A stretch of DNA of 64,000 bases, from IMG/VR virus record IMGVR_UViG_3300044846_001307, positions 1-64,000 of that record; one strand, given 5' to 3'. This DNA is from a virus. Made by a program: the position numbers and the translations under genes. Of this stretch, positions 30,601 through 40,563 are shown piece by piece. The notes below the pieces were generated by a model. That model saw only the letters and a program-made list of their open reading frames with translations, did no database searches and was not told where the DNA came from. How positions within the stretch are numbered: the first letter of the stretch is position 1; each line of letters begins with the position of its first letter.

Positions 30601-30613
30601 CCTGACAAACCAT
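24677..30613 (-). CDS. giant virion/ejection protein with zincin-like domain, LysM domain and C-terminal hydrophobic helices
   Basis: HEFSH (29984-29998) with downstream EEVLA; LysM at about 25538-25666; GFFAIGLALLSLMLFG. Confidence 0.8.
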   Translation of the reverse strand: MVCQVQLNSIKFLQDKGATNDVRRIINEDLFDKLNDQITALAETKYGLKTDGTKLFSTNMSEHVDPQRSTYWRDAKYRVLRAEPNVKLFERLQDLYNARPDDAMMMKDMPALDNPKVDQSLQEINGVLFMDVKLDELQNERSREIAEVLAQRLSKGIGAQFETITQDEAANILKNRAVKYNGEPAFYYAGTVYIVGDNVNVRTVLHEFSHPVLQGLRKTNNILFQKLYDQALATEEGQGIKYYVLNNYPELEENSDLFKEEVLAYAMQLKALNRINNEIETEGFQSFMNKLMAAIKQLLRKLFGNKVNVAKLDVDTTLEELADMLLDKEFEFNTDNITEEDLVMFSRNVVDRAKELNKFSNAESQLKVVREIYETNRRILTEAENFKGDKASRKFLKDSLFEQGTNRYLREVVSTLKDNLNVDTESFTEDQMIQNALDAAKGALDVDLQRAVALVNTLDNINSMTQNMLLDVSRISNTNINNRSTIALLMLYKQNSKAWLKMIQAIDESLSSEGQLIESSNPFYQTLNEIVLNITRINTNIANILKNNNVQFYVEITGYMSKYIQDRLKGNLGIALKQTFSADQLEKEVDDLYNKVVQQTLTDADVDALVQKGIPADVLKGFLKEYKDLVVDEDKIRAALTGGAQDVTWFNRWLESYSSSNDVIVGPLAMFIQNERTQVQNVVWEQSMKFRKKLEELLPKVGFSKLNSIQLREKLGFKDKIMYFDKETGKPIEKEVYAYLDKYKDYRYHYDLLEWNIEEAKKTEDQTKLADAVMEFEQFKRDFMWQEYVPEFYEKDDIFKKSEVGKLAYFVRKQKLQAYNNLLNSMENEYERFEKYSTIQAAFREFQQLYSLTYEDGTSKVDDPENGIYDLSIAEVLQEHRAATKGFYEWRPIEGLLQSAYNEFADLLETKGISPGSADFKAELEKWRRQNLRMEYDPKYWESRNALITELRELQTRMNEATKSKFDVAEAFKTINDLIYSYRDEQGEPDSGAMGKTRLERIRDLEQSIADFKFRFDSSTGLSKEDSEELRELSEKARKGLLQAGSAESKRYMYLLDLLNDQGISPEDAARIQDIFSELSDLSVNIPTTYYLETLNYNLSKQNIKELEIDEIDDFINTEEFEEILDADDAFKSWFETNHYVVQQYDKPSRAYIARYKRTKANTVSVPKDESNIKFTRILDRNGDEVVLMGTPNARHSRYQVKDEYRTIPFGADKSEYIGKYIDNKNQWLPRLYEPNSKYSALDNRFMNEKYFQMQAANSNEFKLLEAIKEYHLDNQKGQSSYSKLYLDMPRYALKKGDIYQAIQKGAYGQRFSELGANVKEWYKQALGKSVMDAENDLNYNPENNLVNTDLDGNQISYVPVSGIYNLDIEVQDADIFQGLFRYALSVQTQGKLLESLPLVQSILDTLEDPDNAPKELEKFDKNIYSLKGALTNAKKKFATNNRLGQVKSLIEREYYGKMVEGIEETHPGFGKWINQLQGLSAMGSLAVNIPSDLKNKYGGYVQLIIEGAGAEFINLKDIALARPWAEKAMLEWSTKGIYQTGPGAISTQLIQIFDPNFKSKDQFGREVERSLVKDLVNMEWMYMHRKFGEMQVAVSLFGAFMYGQKVDQILGDGTKKALRYIEAWEKDEDGIIRLKKGVHPGWNNLAVYHEYVKGETLAEIAKKYYISVDELKAKNRIKSEVQLEDGQELIIAKSELFMGLKNRIQGTSRKLFGAYDEMGQPEGNKLLLYRMFFFMRKWFTPMLMNRFGFDSKTISWTGGGDRYDWATTSYGKGFYITAFQTMLKTMKSGFKNYSYLTDQEKGAVRKMAGEGFFAIGLALLSLMLFGFDPEDDEKWKKLRAKSGAINEDSFNTYGFLANHMLLLAMGVQAESSAFVPLPNVKGINFGSDDYVKMITQTTTSWYNTVVLYIDIFGDVLDFVTFSEMDRYKRDTGPYSWKQEGELKIWSKLGKIFGLSGGTGDPVTQFENMVKNSSKRGS

Positions 30614-30614
30614 A

Positions 30615-33600
30615 TTATGAACATTTAAACGGATCTTCTTCTAATTCCAATTGTGTTAATATTTCAGCATCTGAAATTCCTTGACTTGCACTCACTAAGT
30701 CTCTCATTTGGTCATACTTAGTAGAACCTGGATTAACATATTGAAACTCTTCAAATAACCTCTTACTTAAATATACAAATAATTCTTGAGGCATGGTATT
30801 AGGATCACCAAATCCATACTCTGGAAATGCAATTTTACCATCTTTATCTTGAATTTGTTTGATTATATTAATTCTCTTTTCCCAAATATTTTTTAGTGTT
30901 TGGTATTGGTCAGGACTAAGCTCAACTTGTTTACCATTAACAACACTTGCAAATAAATTAGTTGGGAAATTAATAGACATGCTAGGTATTTCTGACATAA
31001 AGTTAGATGCACCACCTAGATTAGTACCTTTTGCAATTTGCTCAGGTTTAATCTCATAGACACTTGTGTTGTGTACAAAGACTACGTCCGGATTATTTTT
31101 ACCTATGTTAGTGTAATAGTATATATTTTTAGCATTGCTATCATTATACATAAATACTCCTTCTTTATCTGTAGATCTTAAACCAAGTCTTTTTACTTCA
31201 GCTGTAGTATCTAGATTTGTAGAATCTTCTTCAGCTACTTGCTCACCTCTTTGTGGTGTAGGTGCAACTGTAGGACTAATTCTTTCAGGATTAGCATAAT
31301 CCATATTAGACAAGTAGTCTTTAAATCTATTTTTGTTTAGATTAGTAACTGAGTTCTGTCTGATAAACTGATCATAGAAGTTATCCAACACTGTAAATCC
31401 TTTTTTATTCAAAGCATCCATAAACTCACCAACCTCATCTTCTACAACAGCTAAGAAATCTGTGTAGTCAACAACATTTGTAAAGCTTAATTTAGTTTTG
31501 TTTAGACCTGTTTGCAAGAAAGCAAATGTGTTTAAGTATTTAAACATATCACTGATTCTAGCATTCTCTTGTGGATCACTAACTTTTTGTACAGTTGGAT
31601 CTGCTAATCTTTTAAGATCATTACTATAAAGATTGGCCTTATCATTATCAAAACTCTTCTCAGCTAACAAGATGTTAAATGCAGTCTCAGTTTTATCTGA
31701 ATCAAGTTTTAATCTACCCAATACTGGATAGTCTTTTGCAAGCTCTGGATTGTTTTGTAACAACTTAGACATTCTTACAGCAAAAGCATTATCACTATCT
31801 TGGAATAAGTGGAAGAAGTTGTATGAATTATCTAAAGCTTTGACAGCTAATAGTTTTTCATATGTATATCTTGCAGCTTTTTCACTTGATAAATCTGGGA
31901 ACAGTTCTTTTGTAGTTTTTAGTTCTTCTTGGAATTCTACTGAAGTAGAGAAGTCTGTTGTAAGAGGGTATACTGATCTCAAGTACTCACGTTCTGAAAC
32001 AAATTTCTGATATTCATTGAAGTTTGTTTCTTCATTATTCATGAATGTTGATGGATGTAATGGGTATAAACCTCTATCCTCGTAACTATTCTCTACATCT
32101 GATCCTTCTACCCAAGCCTGTGCTTTGAATTCTTTCTGTAATTGTTTAACATCTACATATAAAGTACCACCTTTAACAAATGCACCTCTCTTAAGTTCTT
32201 TTACAAGTGCAGTAGGAATTTTAGTCTCCATGTTTAAAGACATAAATCCTTCTTCAGCTTTATATTTTCTTAGAGCATTCTGAAGAATAAAACTTACAAT
32301 ATCATTTCTAAATACATTGCTGAACATTTCAACATTCTTACCTGGAAAAGTAGTTTCAAGATCATTTCTGATTTGATTCTTTCTTGCAATTAAGTAATCA
32401 CTAATCTGTTTGTGGTATCTTAATTTAAATAAAGGTCTACTTACAGCTAAAGCCATAGGTCCATTAAAGAAAGAACTAATTACAGAGTCATTCATCATTC
32501 TATCCAAAATTTCTCTTGGAATTCTTTCATCATACTGTAATTCATCAATGTTAGCTTCACTTTGCTCTACATCAGATAAAGTAGACTTAGTAGCTGTATC
32601 TGGATTAGAACTCATTTTAAGTGCTGTATATCCAGAAATTTGTTGTTCTAATTCAAGGTAATGTAGGAACATAGCTTTTGCAATATCACTATCTGCATCA
32701 TTATCCATGATAAGTTTTTCCATCTCCTTTTCAGTAAATGTTTGTTCTTTTCTACCATTGAAATGAGCATCCAATAATTCTTGGCCTTTTAAATATCTAG
32801 CATCATTACTAGAATTTTTAGCTAACTCAGCTTTGTCAAAATGTTTTCTAATAACTTCAGATGCAGCTTTGTATTTTGCTAATCCTGGACTATCTGGTTT
32901 CTTGTTAAGTACATCAGCAAAAGTAGATTTAGCAAGACGTTGTTCATCCACATACTCTCTCACCAATGGGTTAGATACAAAATAGATTGCTTCTTGAACA
33001 GGTACACCAGCTTTAACTAGATAAAGTAAAGTTGGAGCTACCTCATAGTTACCTTGGATAAAGAAGATCCATGCATCTTTCTCAACATCCACCCAACCAT
33101 TCATCATCTGAGAAATAACATCAGCTACTTTATTGACACCATCAACATCATATAAATTTGACATAGAGATGACTTCTTTACCGTCCACAATCATTTTATT
33201 GTTTCTCAACCTCATGTTGCTCTTTCTCAATTCTTTCTTGATAGTATATTCATCCGGCATATAAGCACCAATTGAATTCATAATAACATTGAAAGTATTT
33301 TCAATAGCACCGAGACCTAAAGTTTTCTTACCTACAATATTAGATTCATGTTTGTATATGTTATACATTGCTTCTAATACTCTTGTAGGACTAATTTCTC
33401 CAGTATTGTCAGTCATTTTATTATTCTTAGGATTGTACTCCGAAACATACTCTGATAATTTTTCAGCAATGTCTTTAAGAATAAACGTACCATTTGGCAT
33501 AATAAGAGATGCATAGTTATCAGGAAGCTCAAGAATGTTTCTGATATCTTCTATAAGTTCATTTTCTAATGCAGCTTTTTGTTCTTTAACAGCTTTGGTA

Positions 33601-36600
33601 AAATTATCACCACCTCTAAGATTTTTTATAGCTTCATTATCTTTATAACTACGTTTGATTATATTACCGTTTTCATCAATTGTATTCATGAAAATTGTAA
33701 GTTTATCAATATCAAAGTCACCCCCTGACTTAGCAACGATCTCTGCCGGTGGAATAATTATATTACCAGCTTGTGGAGGAAGGAATTCAAATACCTCAGC
33801 AAACTCCATAGAGTTAAGACCTTGTACAGGAATACGTACACCCACTATAGTAATAGCTTTTCTGATTGCACCATCATTAGCATCTAACCAAGAGTCATCT
33901 TTGATTTTTTCATTTAATCTAGCTAATGATTTATCCATATCAAGTGTACCATCTTCAAGATAAACACCTACAGTTTCTTCATTAGCATATTCTAAATTGA
34001 ATAGGTTATAATATGAGCCCTGCATAGCTATCATAACTTTAGCAGCAGCAGTATAACCATTAGATTTTTTATGATAAGTAGGTAACAAGTATGTTGTAGA
34101 GGCCCATTTTTTGATCTCATCTTTACTTGCTTTTCTTAAATCAGGCTCTGTAAATTGATTTGCATACAAACCAACAGATACTTGAATTAATGGCTCACCT
34201 GTAACTTTTTGTTTGATTACTCTCTTATTAATCATAGAAAGTAATAACTTCTCTATTTTAGCAGCTTCCGGGTGGAAAGAAAGATCATGGACTAAGTCTC
34301 CATTATTATCAAATACATCAATAAACTCAATAAGATCATCACTCAAAACTTCTTCTCTTTCAAGATTTGTTCTGATCATGTTTACAAGTTTAGCAATGCT
34401 TGACTTATCTTTAGCTTTGTATTCTCCAGGAGTAGTTTCTTCATACCCCATCTCTTCAAGAAGTTCTATCTTAAGTAGGTTAGTATACTCTTCAACGTGA
34501 TCTAGATATTTTTTTACTCTAGTGTTAGTAATGTCTTGATATTTTGTAGACTTGATTACACCTTGCTCATATAGACCCTCAAGAATTAACTTTCTCAACT
34601 GTGTAGAGAAGATTGATTTACCTTTGTAAGTTGCATTAACCTCTGTTTGGTTCTTCAAATACTCAGCATAAATAGTGTTAATTGTAAATTCTGAGTTTTT
34701 ATTGAATGTTCCATCAGGGTTTAAAACAACATCTCCGTTTCCAATATGACCTACTTTGGAACCAGACTCAAATAAAACGTAGTCTATTTGGTCTTTCATC
34801 ATTTTCTCATGCAAGTCAAATAACGGAGTACCCTCTCTTCCTACTCCAGGAATAATAGGAGCAAGAGAGAACTTGTGGAAAGAGTTAACAGGAAGACCTG
34901 TTGATTCTATATTACCAAAGTACTGTAATTTATATGGAGGGAAGAACTCTACTACATCCTCTACAGTGATATTCTCACCCATAGCAACTTTTCTGTATAG
35001 TAATTCTTGTTGATCACCCCAGTTACCTTCTAGATGTTTTAATCTTCTATAAGTCTCAAAGGATACAATACCCTGACCATCAGCAATCTTCATCTGTGCT
35101 TTGTCAGCTGAGAAGTATTCAGATGCTGCTTTGTCTGCAATTTCTTTTGCTTTCTTCTTGTCTTTAGTTCTTTCATATGCAGCTGCTTCAATCTCATCTC
35201 TGTACTCTTTGTACATAACAGAATTGAACTGCATTTCTTTTATAATAGCTGTTTGTAAAGTACCATCATAGTTTCTAACTTCATAACCTCTTCTATCAGC
35301 ATAGTAGTTTTTCAAAGAACTAACATAGATTTGTGCTCTTTTGTCTGCTCTAAATCCTTTACCACCAGATGCTAGACCTGCATTACGTTTGTGGAATTCT
35401 TCTTTAGCATGATTATATTGTACTAAATCTCCATATGCAATGATAACAGTCTCCATCTTATGGATGAAAGAGTTATATGTGTAAGCTTTTACTAATGCAG
35501 TTTCTATGTCTTTTTCAGTAAGATCTTCATTAGTAACTCTGATTCTTTCAATAAGACCTTTGTCTACATACTTAGCTTTTTGAAGTCTACCATAGTTAGC
35601 AGCAGTATCAATATCAAAATAATCTTCAACATCTTTTCTAATTTGATCTCTTAACTCCGGGTTATTATCTAACTCAGTCATTAAATCAAAATCAGAAAGA
35701 CTATTGTCTGAAGCTTTATCAATTATAGCATACAAACTTTTTTGTGTGGTTGCTCTAAGGACATCATCAAATGCAGTAAAGGCTTGTCCAGCCATAACTG
35801 CAGTTTTTTGACCATCTTTTCTTTTTACTTTTCTATTATAGCCAGCATAATTCTTGAACTTATCTTTATCCTGTTGGAATCTAAAGATTCTATTACCCTC
35901 ACCAACAAGATATCCTTCAATGATATCATATGATTTTAGTGTACCATCAGCATAAGGTAAGAAAGACTCCATATCTACATAAAGTTTAGAAGCTTTTTTA
36001 CCATTATAAGTCTTGATATCACCATCAAGAGTCATACCCATTGCAGTGTTTTTAGAAGCATGTCTCATGAATTCCTCAACACCACTCAATAACATCGTGT
36101 GAAACTCTTGTAGGTATTTACTAGTAGCATCCATTGATGCTGTAGAAGTACCTCCTTCATTTCTACGACTTACCATCTGAGTACCAGCAACATTTTGCAA
36201 TACAATTTTTGTATCTGAAATTTTTTGACCATATGTTTGAGACATAGGATCAAGATCAAATATTGAAGTTAAAAGTTTTGAGAAAGGACTGAATGTATTA
36301 TTTGATTCATTCAACCATCTCATATGTTTAAATCTACCATTTGGATCAGCTTCAGCTGTTGTAAGTTGTTGCCAATTGTCAGCATAATTAATAGCTGCAA
36401 TAATTCTTGTGATAGTATTATCAACCATGTGTTCCCATACTCTGTTTCCTTCAGGGGTTTGTACACTAAAGTTTGAATAACTATCAGAGAATGCATTTTG
36501 AATTCCTGCTAATGCTCTGATTCTACCTCTTACTTCATCACTTTGTGCTTGGTTATCTCTAAGTGATTCAGGAAGACCATTAAGTAAGTATGTAAGTGGG

Positions 36601-39600
36601 TCTTTCTTAAATAAGAATGCGTCAGAAGATGCACTTTTATTTACTTTTTTGATAACCTCATACATTCTATCAACACCAAATGTTGTACTGAATGGCGTAG
36701 TTCTGTTGTTAATCATCTCTTTGATTGCAGAACTAGATTGATCTAACACAACACCAATAGCTTGTAAGAACTCATTAGCTTTACGGTAGTTAAATCTACC
36801 ATCAGTACCAAAGTCTTTTACAATTTTAGCTGTGTTCAATATATTATTACCATACTTATCTTTTGATACATATGGGTTAATTGTACTATCTGCAGTAACA
36901 AAGTTAGATTTCCAATCTTGAATTACCTGGTATACATCAAAGTTAGCTTTAGCAACACGGGCTTCAAAAGATTTATTTATACCTTCCTCAGTTCTAGCTT
37001 CTTCTTTGTTTAAGTTAAGCTGAACATATGGGATTCTTGGTTTCTTAAAGTCTTGCCAGAAATTTGTTTCTGATGCAAACTCCATTGAAGTATACTCCCC
37101 TAGAGCAGTCTTCTCATTAAAGAATGGATTAGGTAGTAACGTTTGTAGTTGTTCAAGCTCAGGATAATTCTCAGAATTTTCAAAGATTCTTGAGTACATA
37201 TCCATTTCATCAAATGAACCTTCTAAGATTTTAGCAAGTCTATTCCAAGTAATGTCAATGTCCTGTAATACAGGAAGACCAAAAAGACCTTCTCTACTAG
37301 TTACAATCTCTCCATTTTCTTTGGATACTTTGAAGATACTAGCTAATAACATCATAGTGTCTTCACTAGCAAGTTCTTTTGAAGAAATAGTGTTACCGTC
37401 ATTTAACTTAAACAAGTTACTCTTCTCAATATTGCTTGGATCTTCAATCTCTATATATTCATCTCTTAGTACACGGAATCTAGACTTCTCAAGATGATAT
37501 GCTATAACATTGTTTTTTTCTTTACCATCAAGACTATCTGTTAGATTACCAAAATTAGCTGTGATCTTATCTAACAATTCTAATTCTTCAATGAATTTAG
37601 GATCAGTTAATAACTCATCATCAGCCTCTAGATCAGTAACATAAGCAATTCTTAATCTTTCAAATCTGTCATAGATATCTCTGTAAAGATCTTTTTTGTT
37701 TTCTGGATCTTTAAGAAGTTTTAATGCAGCAGCTGTTGTATTGAAGTCTCTGTTGTGAGCTTGAAATATAACAGACATCATGCTGTCCATTGCATCAGCA
37801 ATTTTCTTAGACTCTTCTAATGTAAAGTTATCATTGATGATCTTACTTCTGTTTAGTTTCCCAAACATTACATTATCCATAGAAGGTTTTAAGCTAGATA
37901 GAATACTTGGATTCTCTGAAGCTCTGTATAATTTGTCAAACAATTCTTTTACAGACTCAACATCTTGCAAGCTTGTAGCAGCTTGTTTCTTACTAACTTT
38001 ACCAAATAGCTTTTGGATAAACTGGTAGATCTTGTCAAACAGTCTACCTAAAAGACCTTTAACTTCTTTCTTACCTTTTGATTTAGCATATGATCTAAAT
38101 TCTTCAGCCAAAGATTCCTCTATATCAAAGAAACTTTTGCCTTTGTATTTAGGTAACGATTGTATTTCTTCATAAAGTTTGATCTTCTCATCCTTAGTTA
38201 AAAGTAATTGAGAGAAACCGTGCCATGCTTCATGATAAACATCAACCATGGTACCACCATCAGCTTCATAAAGAGTAATACCATAACCAGACCAGGTAGC
38301 AAATGCATCTGAGTTTACAATTTCTGTTACTCTCTCAAGACTAATGAACTTACTCAAAGGTGAATTGTTCCACCATGTCTCTGCTTTTTGTCTGTCAGAT
38401 TTAGAAGTAAAGACTTTGTCTAAGAATCTATCACGCAGTTTACTTCTGTCTAATCCTTTCTTTTTATATAAAGCACTGTTTGATGAACCATTAATGATAT
38501 CATCTAATAGAGATACTCTAGTTGATGGATTGTTCTTAATGTTTGTTTCTTTAGCTTCAGCTTCTGTTTTAGAAGGAGTTTCTTTTGCAGTTACTGGCTT
38601 GGTACGGATCTGTTTTTTAGGAGCAGCTTTTGGTGCTTCTTTATCAACCTTAGTTTTAGCAACAGGTGTTGATTGAGTAGGTTTTGGTCTACCAACAGGA
38701 ATGATTCCATCAAACTCAACAGTACCTTCAGGTATTGCATAAGTCAGATAAGCATTCATACCATTCTCATATGCATTAGTCTCAGCTGTATATGTAATTT
38801 TGATAAATGGTTTAATTACTTCAAAATAATTCTTAGAGACTTCAGTAATTTTATCTCCTTCAATATTATAATCAGTAATAGTTTTACCCTTATACTTATT
38901 ATTGTATTGCACATTAGCTGGCCAAAACTGATCTTTAACTTTGTCTTTTGGTCTAGCATTTAATAAATGATCTATAATAAGTTTTTTACCTTCTTCAGTA
39001 TAAAGAACATCTTGAGGTATCTCTTTACCATTGATCTCTACAAAGAATGTTTTCTCATTATTTACAATAAGAACCTTTGCTCTAATTCTATCTCTGTTAT
39101 ATGGAAGATTTGTTTTGTATCCTGTTTTAGGATCTTTCATCAAAGCATTATTGATAAAGATTTCAAAGTATGCTTTTCTTTCATCCGGTGTCAACTCTCT
39201 ACCTTTTAACTTTGCTGTAGTAGTTAATACTGTTGCAAGTTGTTCAGCCAAAGACTGATCAATGTCTGATCTTTGTAAAAATACTTCTTGGTCAACATTT
39301 AATCCTCCAGCTTTAGTTTTCTGAATAATAACATATTGTTTACCACTATCTTTACCAGTTGTGATACCAGTATAATTTTTGATATCTGCTTCAGTAAGAC
39401 CAGCTTCTTCCAAAGTCATAGTCTTAATTGCTGTTCTTGGAATACCAAATGTTCCTCCTAAAATTGGAAGAATGATTTGTAACTCACCATTAGACTCTTC
39501 AATTAATTTTCTTAATTGATAAAGCTCATTCATTTCTCTGTCTTGACGATCTTTGATAGTTTTAACAAGTTGTTTGAATTGAGCTTCGGTTACTTTAACC

Positions 39601-40562
39601 TTACCATTACTCTCTTCTTCAATCAAAGCTTTCTGTCTACCAGCAATTACTTCTGGTTGAACAAGATTATAATGACGATTACTTCTGTTAGATAATAATA
39701 ACTTACCATCTACAAGGTTTACTTTTCTAAGATATTGGTAAACTATTCTACCCTCTTGAGGATTGTCTGTAATTGTACCGTCTTCTTTAAAATAAACTAG
39801 ATCTCCTTTTGCATCAGTTATAACAGCTGCTATACCATTATCATTAGGATTCTTCTCTAGGAATAATCTATCATCAGTAGTCAATAACTCAGGAGAAATG
39901 TTTCTTGTAAGTTGAGTAGTCAATGCAAGTATTACTCCATTGTATTCAATCTCTTCTGTACCTACTCTTTGTTTAGATATTTCTACTATAGCTTTAACTA
40001 CTTCAGAAAATAGTTTCTTTTCAGGATCTATATTATTTCTGTCAGCCTCAGATAGTGTTTCTGGATTTCCTGCAAATGCCATTTGGATAGAGGTAGCCCA
40101 AGGAGTTGTTACTTTAGCACCATTATCTTCATTAAATGACCAGAACTCCTTCTCGTCTACTTCAGGAACAAAGTCTTTTTTACCTTTGTTTGTATTTTTA
40201 ATCTCAGAATCAATCTGCTGCTTGCTCTTTTTTTTAGTTGCAATATCCTTTCCTACCTCAGTAAGATCAGCATATCTTTTTCTCATTTGTGCAAGAGCAG
40301 TAAAATCAAAACCATTATCAACTAGATAATCATTAGCTTCATTGTCTTGAGTAACTAAATGGAATACATCAGGAATAGCTTGTGCATATAACATAGCTTT
40401 AACTTGATCTCCTGTAGCTTCTTTTACAACATTGTATGTGTCTTGAACAATTTTATTCAAGTCAATTGCAGGTAATTCAGAATTACCTAATCTATCAGTT
40501 ACTTCACCATAAAGTACTTCATATAAATCTAATACCTGCTCTCTATTTAAACTACATGCCAT
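30615..40562 (-). CDS. crAss-like single-chain virion RNA polymerase with zincin-like domain
   Basis: RIP...GGDFDIDKL (33702-33719), ADGQG and K-FSLAP motifs; HEAWH at 38220-38234; 3315 aa. Confidence 0.9.
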   Translation of the reverse strand: MACSLNREQVLDLYEVLYGEVTDRLGNSELPAIDLNKIVQDTYNVVKEATGDQVKAMLYAQAIPDVFHLVTQDNEANDYLVDNGFDFTALAQMRKRYADLTEVGKDIATKKKSKQQIDSEIKNTNKGKKDFVPEVDEKEFWSFNEDNGAKVTTPWATSIQMAFAGNPETLSEADRNNIDPEKKLFSEVVKAIVEISKQRVGTEEIEYNGVILALTTQLTRNISPELLTTDDRLFLEKNPNDNGIAAVITDAKGDLVYFKEDGTITDNPQEGRIVYQYLRKVNLVDGKLLLSNRSNRHYNLVQPEVIAGRQKALIEEESNGKVKVTEAQFKQLVKTIKDRQDREMNELYQLRKLIEESNGELQIILPILGGTFGIPRTAIKTMTLEEAGLTEADIKNYTGITTGKDSGKQYVIIQKTKAGGLNVDQEVFLQRSDIDQSLAEQLATVLTTTAKLKGRELTPDERKAYFEIFINNALMKDPKTGYKTNLPYNRDRIRAKVLIVNNEKTFFVEINGKEIPQDVLYTEEGKKLIIDHLLNARPKDKVKDQFWPANVQYNNKYKGKTITDYNIEGDKITEVSKNYFEVIKPFIKITYTAETNAYENGMNAYLTYAIPEGTVEFDGIIPVGRPKPTQSTPVAKTKVDKEAPKAAPKKQIRTKPVTAKETPSKTEAEAKETNIKNNPSTRVSLLDDIINGSSNSALYKKKGLDRSKLRDRFLDKVFTSKSDRQKAETWWNNSPLSKFISLERVTEIVNSDAFATWSGYGITLYEADGGTMVDVYHEAWHGFSQLLLTKDEKIKLYEEIQSLPKYKGKSFFDIEESLAEEFRSYAKSKGKKEVKGLLGRLFDKIYQFIQKLFGKVSKKQAATSLQDVESVKELFDKLYRASENPSILSSLKPSMDNVMFGKLNRSKIINDNFTLEESKKIADAMDSMMSVIFQAHNRDFNTTAAALKLLKDPENKKDLYRDIYDRFERLRIAYVTDLEADDELLTDPKFIEELELLDKITANFGNLTDSLDGKEKNNVIAYHLEKSRFRVLRDEYIEIEDPSNIEKSNLFKLNDGNTISSKELASEDTMMLLASIFKVSKENGEIVTSREGLFGLPVLQDIDITWNRLAKILEGSFDEMDMYSRIFENSENYPELEQLQTLLPNPFFNEKTALGEYTSMEFASETNFWQDFKKPRIPYVQLNLNKEEARTEEGINKSFEARVAKANFDVYQVIQDWKSNFVTADSTINPYVSKDKYGNNILNTAKIVKDFGTDGRFNYRKANEFLQAIGVVLDQSSSAIKEMINNRTTPFSTTFGVDRMYEVIKKVNKSASSDAFLFKKDPLTYLLNGLPESLRDNQAQSDEVRGRIRALAGIQNAFSDSYSNFSVQTPEGNRVWEHMVDNTITRIIAAINYADNWQQLTTAEADPNGRFKHMRWLNESNNTFSPFSKLLTSIFDLDPMSQTYGQKISDTKIVLQNVAGTQMVSRRNEGGTSTASMDATSKYLQEFHTMLLSGVEEFMRHASKNTAMGMTLDGDIKTYNGKKASKLYVDMESFLPYADGTLKSYDIIEGYLVGEGNRIFRFQQDKDKFKNYAGYNRKVKRKDGQKTAVMAGQAFTAFDDVLRATTQKSLYAIIDKASDNSLSDFDLMTELDNNPELRDQIRKDVEDYFDIDTAANYGRLQKAKYVDKGLIERIRVTNEDLTEKDIETALVKAYTYNSFIHKMETVIIAYGDLVQYNHAKEEFHKRNAGLASGGKGFRADKRAQIYVSSLKNYYADRRGYEVRNYDGTLQTAIIKEMQFNSVMYKEYRDEIEAAAYERTKDKKKAKEIADKAASEYFSADKAQMKIADGQGIVSFETYRRLKHLEGNWGDQQELLYRKVAMGENITVEDVVEFFPPYKLQYFGNIESTGLPVNSFHKFSLAPIIPGVGREGTPLFDLHEKMMKDQIDYVLFESGSKVGHIGNGDVVLNPDGTFNKNSEFTINTIYAEYLKNQTEVNATYKGKSIFSTQLRKLILEGLYEQGVIKSTKYQDITNTRVKKYLDHVEEYTNLLKIELLEEMGYEETTPGEYKAKDKSSIAKLVNMIRTNLEREEVLSDDLIEFIDVFDNNGDLVHDLSFHPEAAKIEKLLLSMINKRVIKQKVTGEPLIQVSVGLYANQFTEPDLRKASKDEIKKWASTTYLLPTYHKKSNGYTAAAKVMIAMQGSYYNLFNLEYANEETVGVYLEDGTLDMDKSLARLNEKIKDDSWLDANDGAIRKAITIVGVRIPVQGLNSMEFAEVFEFLPPQAGNIIIPPAEIVAKSGGDFDIDKLTIFMNTIDENGNIIKRSYKDNEAIKNLRGGDNFTKAVKEQKAALENELIEDIRNILELPDNYASLIMPNGTFILKDIAEKLSEYVSEYNPKNNKMTDNTGEISPTRVLEAMYNIYKHESNIVGKKTLGLGAIENTFNVIMNSIGAYMPDEYTIKKELRKSNMRLRNNKMIVDGKEVISMSNLYDVDGVNKVADVISQMMNGWVDVEKDAWIFFIQGNYEVAPTLLYLVKAGVPVQEAIYFVSNPLVREYVDEQRLAKSTFADVLNKKPDSPGLAKYKAASEVIRKHFDKAELAKNSSNDARYLKGQELLDAHFNGRKEQTFTEKEMEKLIMDNDADSDIAKAMFLHYLELEQQISGYTALKMSSNPDTATKSTLSDVEQSEANIDELQYDERIPREILDRMMNDSVISSFFNGPMALAVSRPLFKLRYHKQISDYLIARKNQIRNDLETTFPGKNVEMFSNVFRNDIVSFILQNALRKYKAEEGFMSLNMETKIPTALVKELKRGAFVKGGTLYVDVKQLQKEFKAQAWVEGSDVENSYEDRGLYPLHPSTFMNNEETNFNEYQKFVSEREYLRSVYPLTTDFSTSVEFQEELKTTKELFPDLSSEKAARYTYEKLLAVKALDNSYNFFHLFQDSDNAFAVRMSKLLQNNPELAKDYPVLGRLKLDSDKTETAFNILLAEKSFDNDKANLYSNDLKRLADPTVQKVSDPQENARISDMFKYLNTFAFLQTGLNKTKLSFTNVVDYTDFLAVVEDEVGEFMDALNKKGFTVLDNFYDQFIRQNSVTNLNKNRFKDYLSNMDYANPERISPTVAPTPQRGEQVAEEDSTNLDTTAEVKRLGLRSTDKEGVFMYNDSNAKNIYYYTNIGKNNPDVVFVHNTSVYEIKPEQIAKGTNLGGASNFMSEIPSMSINFPTNLFASVVNGKQVELSPDQYQTLKNIWEKRINIIKQIQDKDGKIAFPEYGFGDPNTMPQELFVYLSKRLFEEFQYVNPGSTKYDQMRDLVSASQGISDAEILTQLELEEDPFKCS

Positions 40563-40563
40563 T

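Noticed and set aside
7598-40562. Inteins or group I introns in DnaB, primase, PolB or RNAP
   Set aside because: Motif spacing is compact, and no splice-junction or LAGLIDADG signatures or frame breaks were seen.
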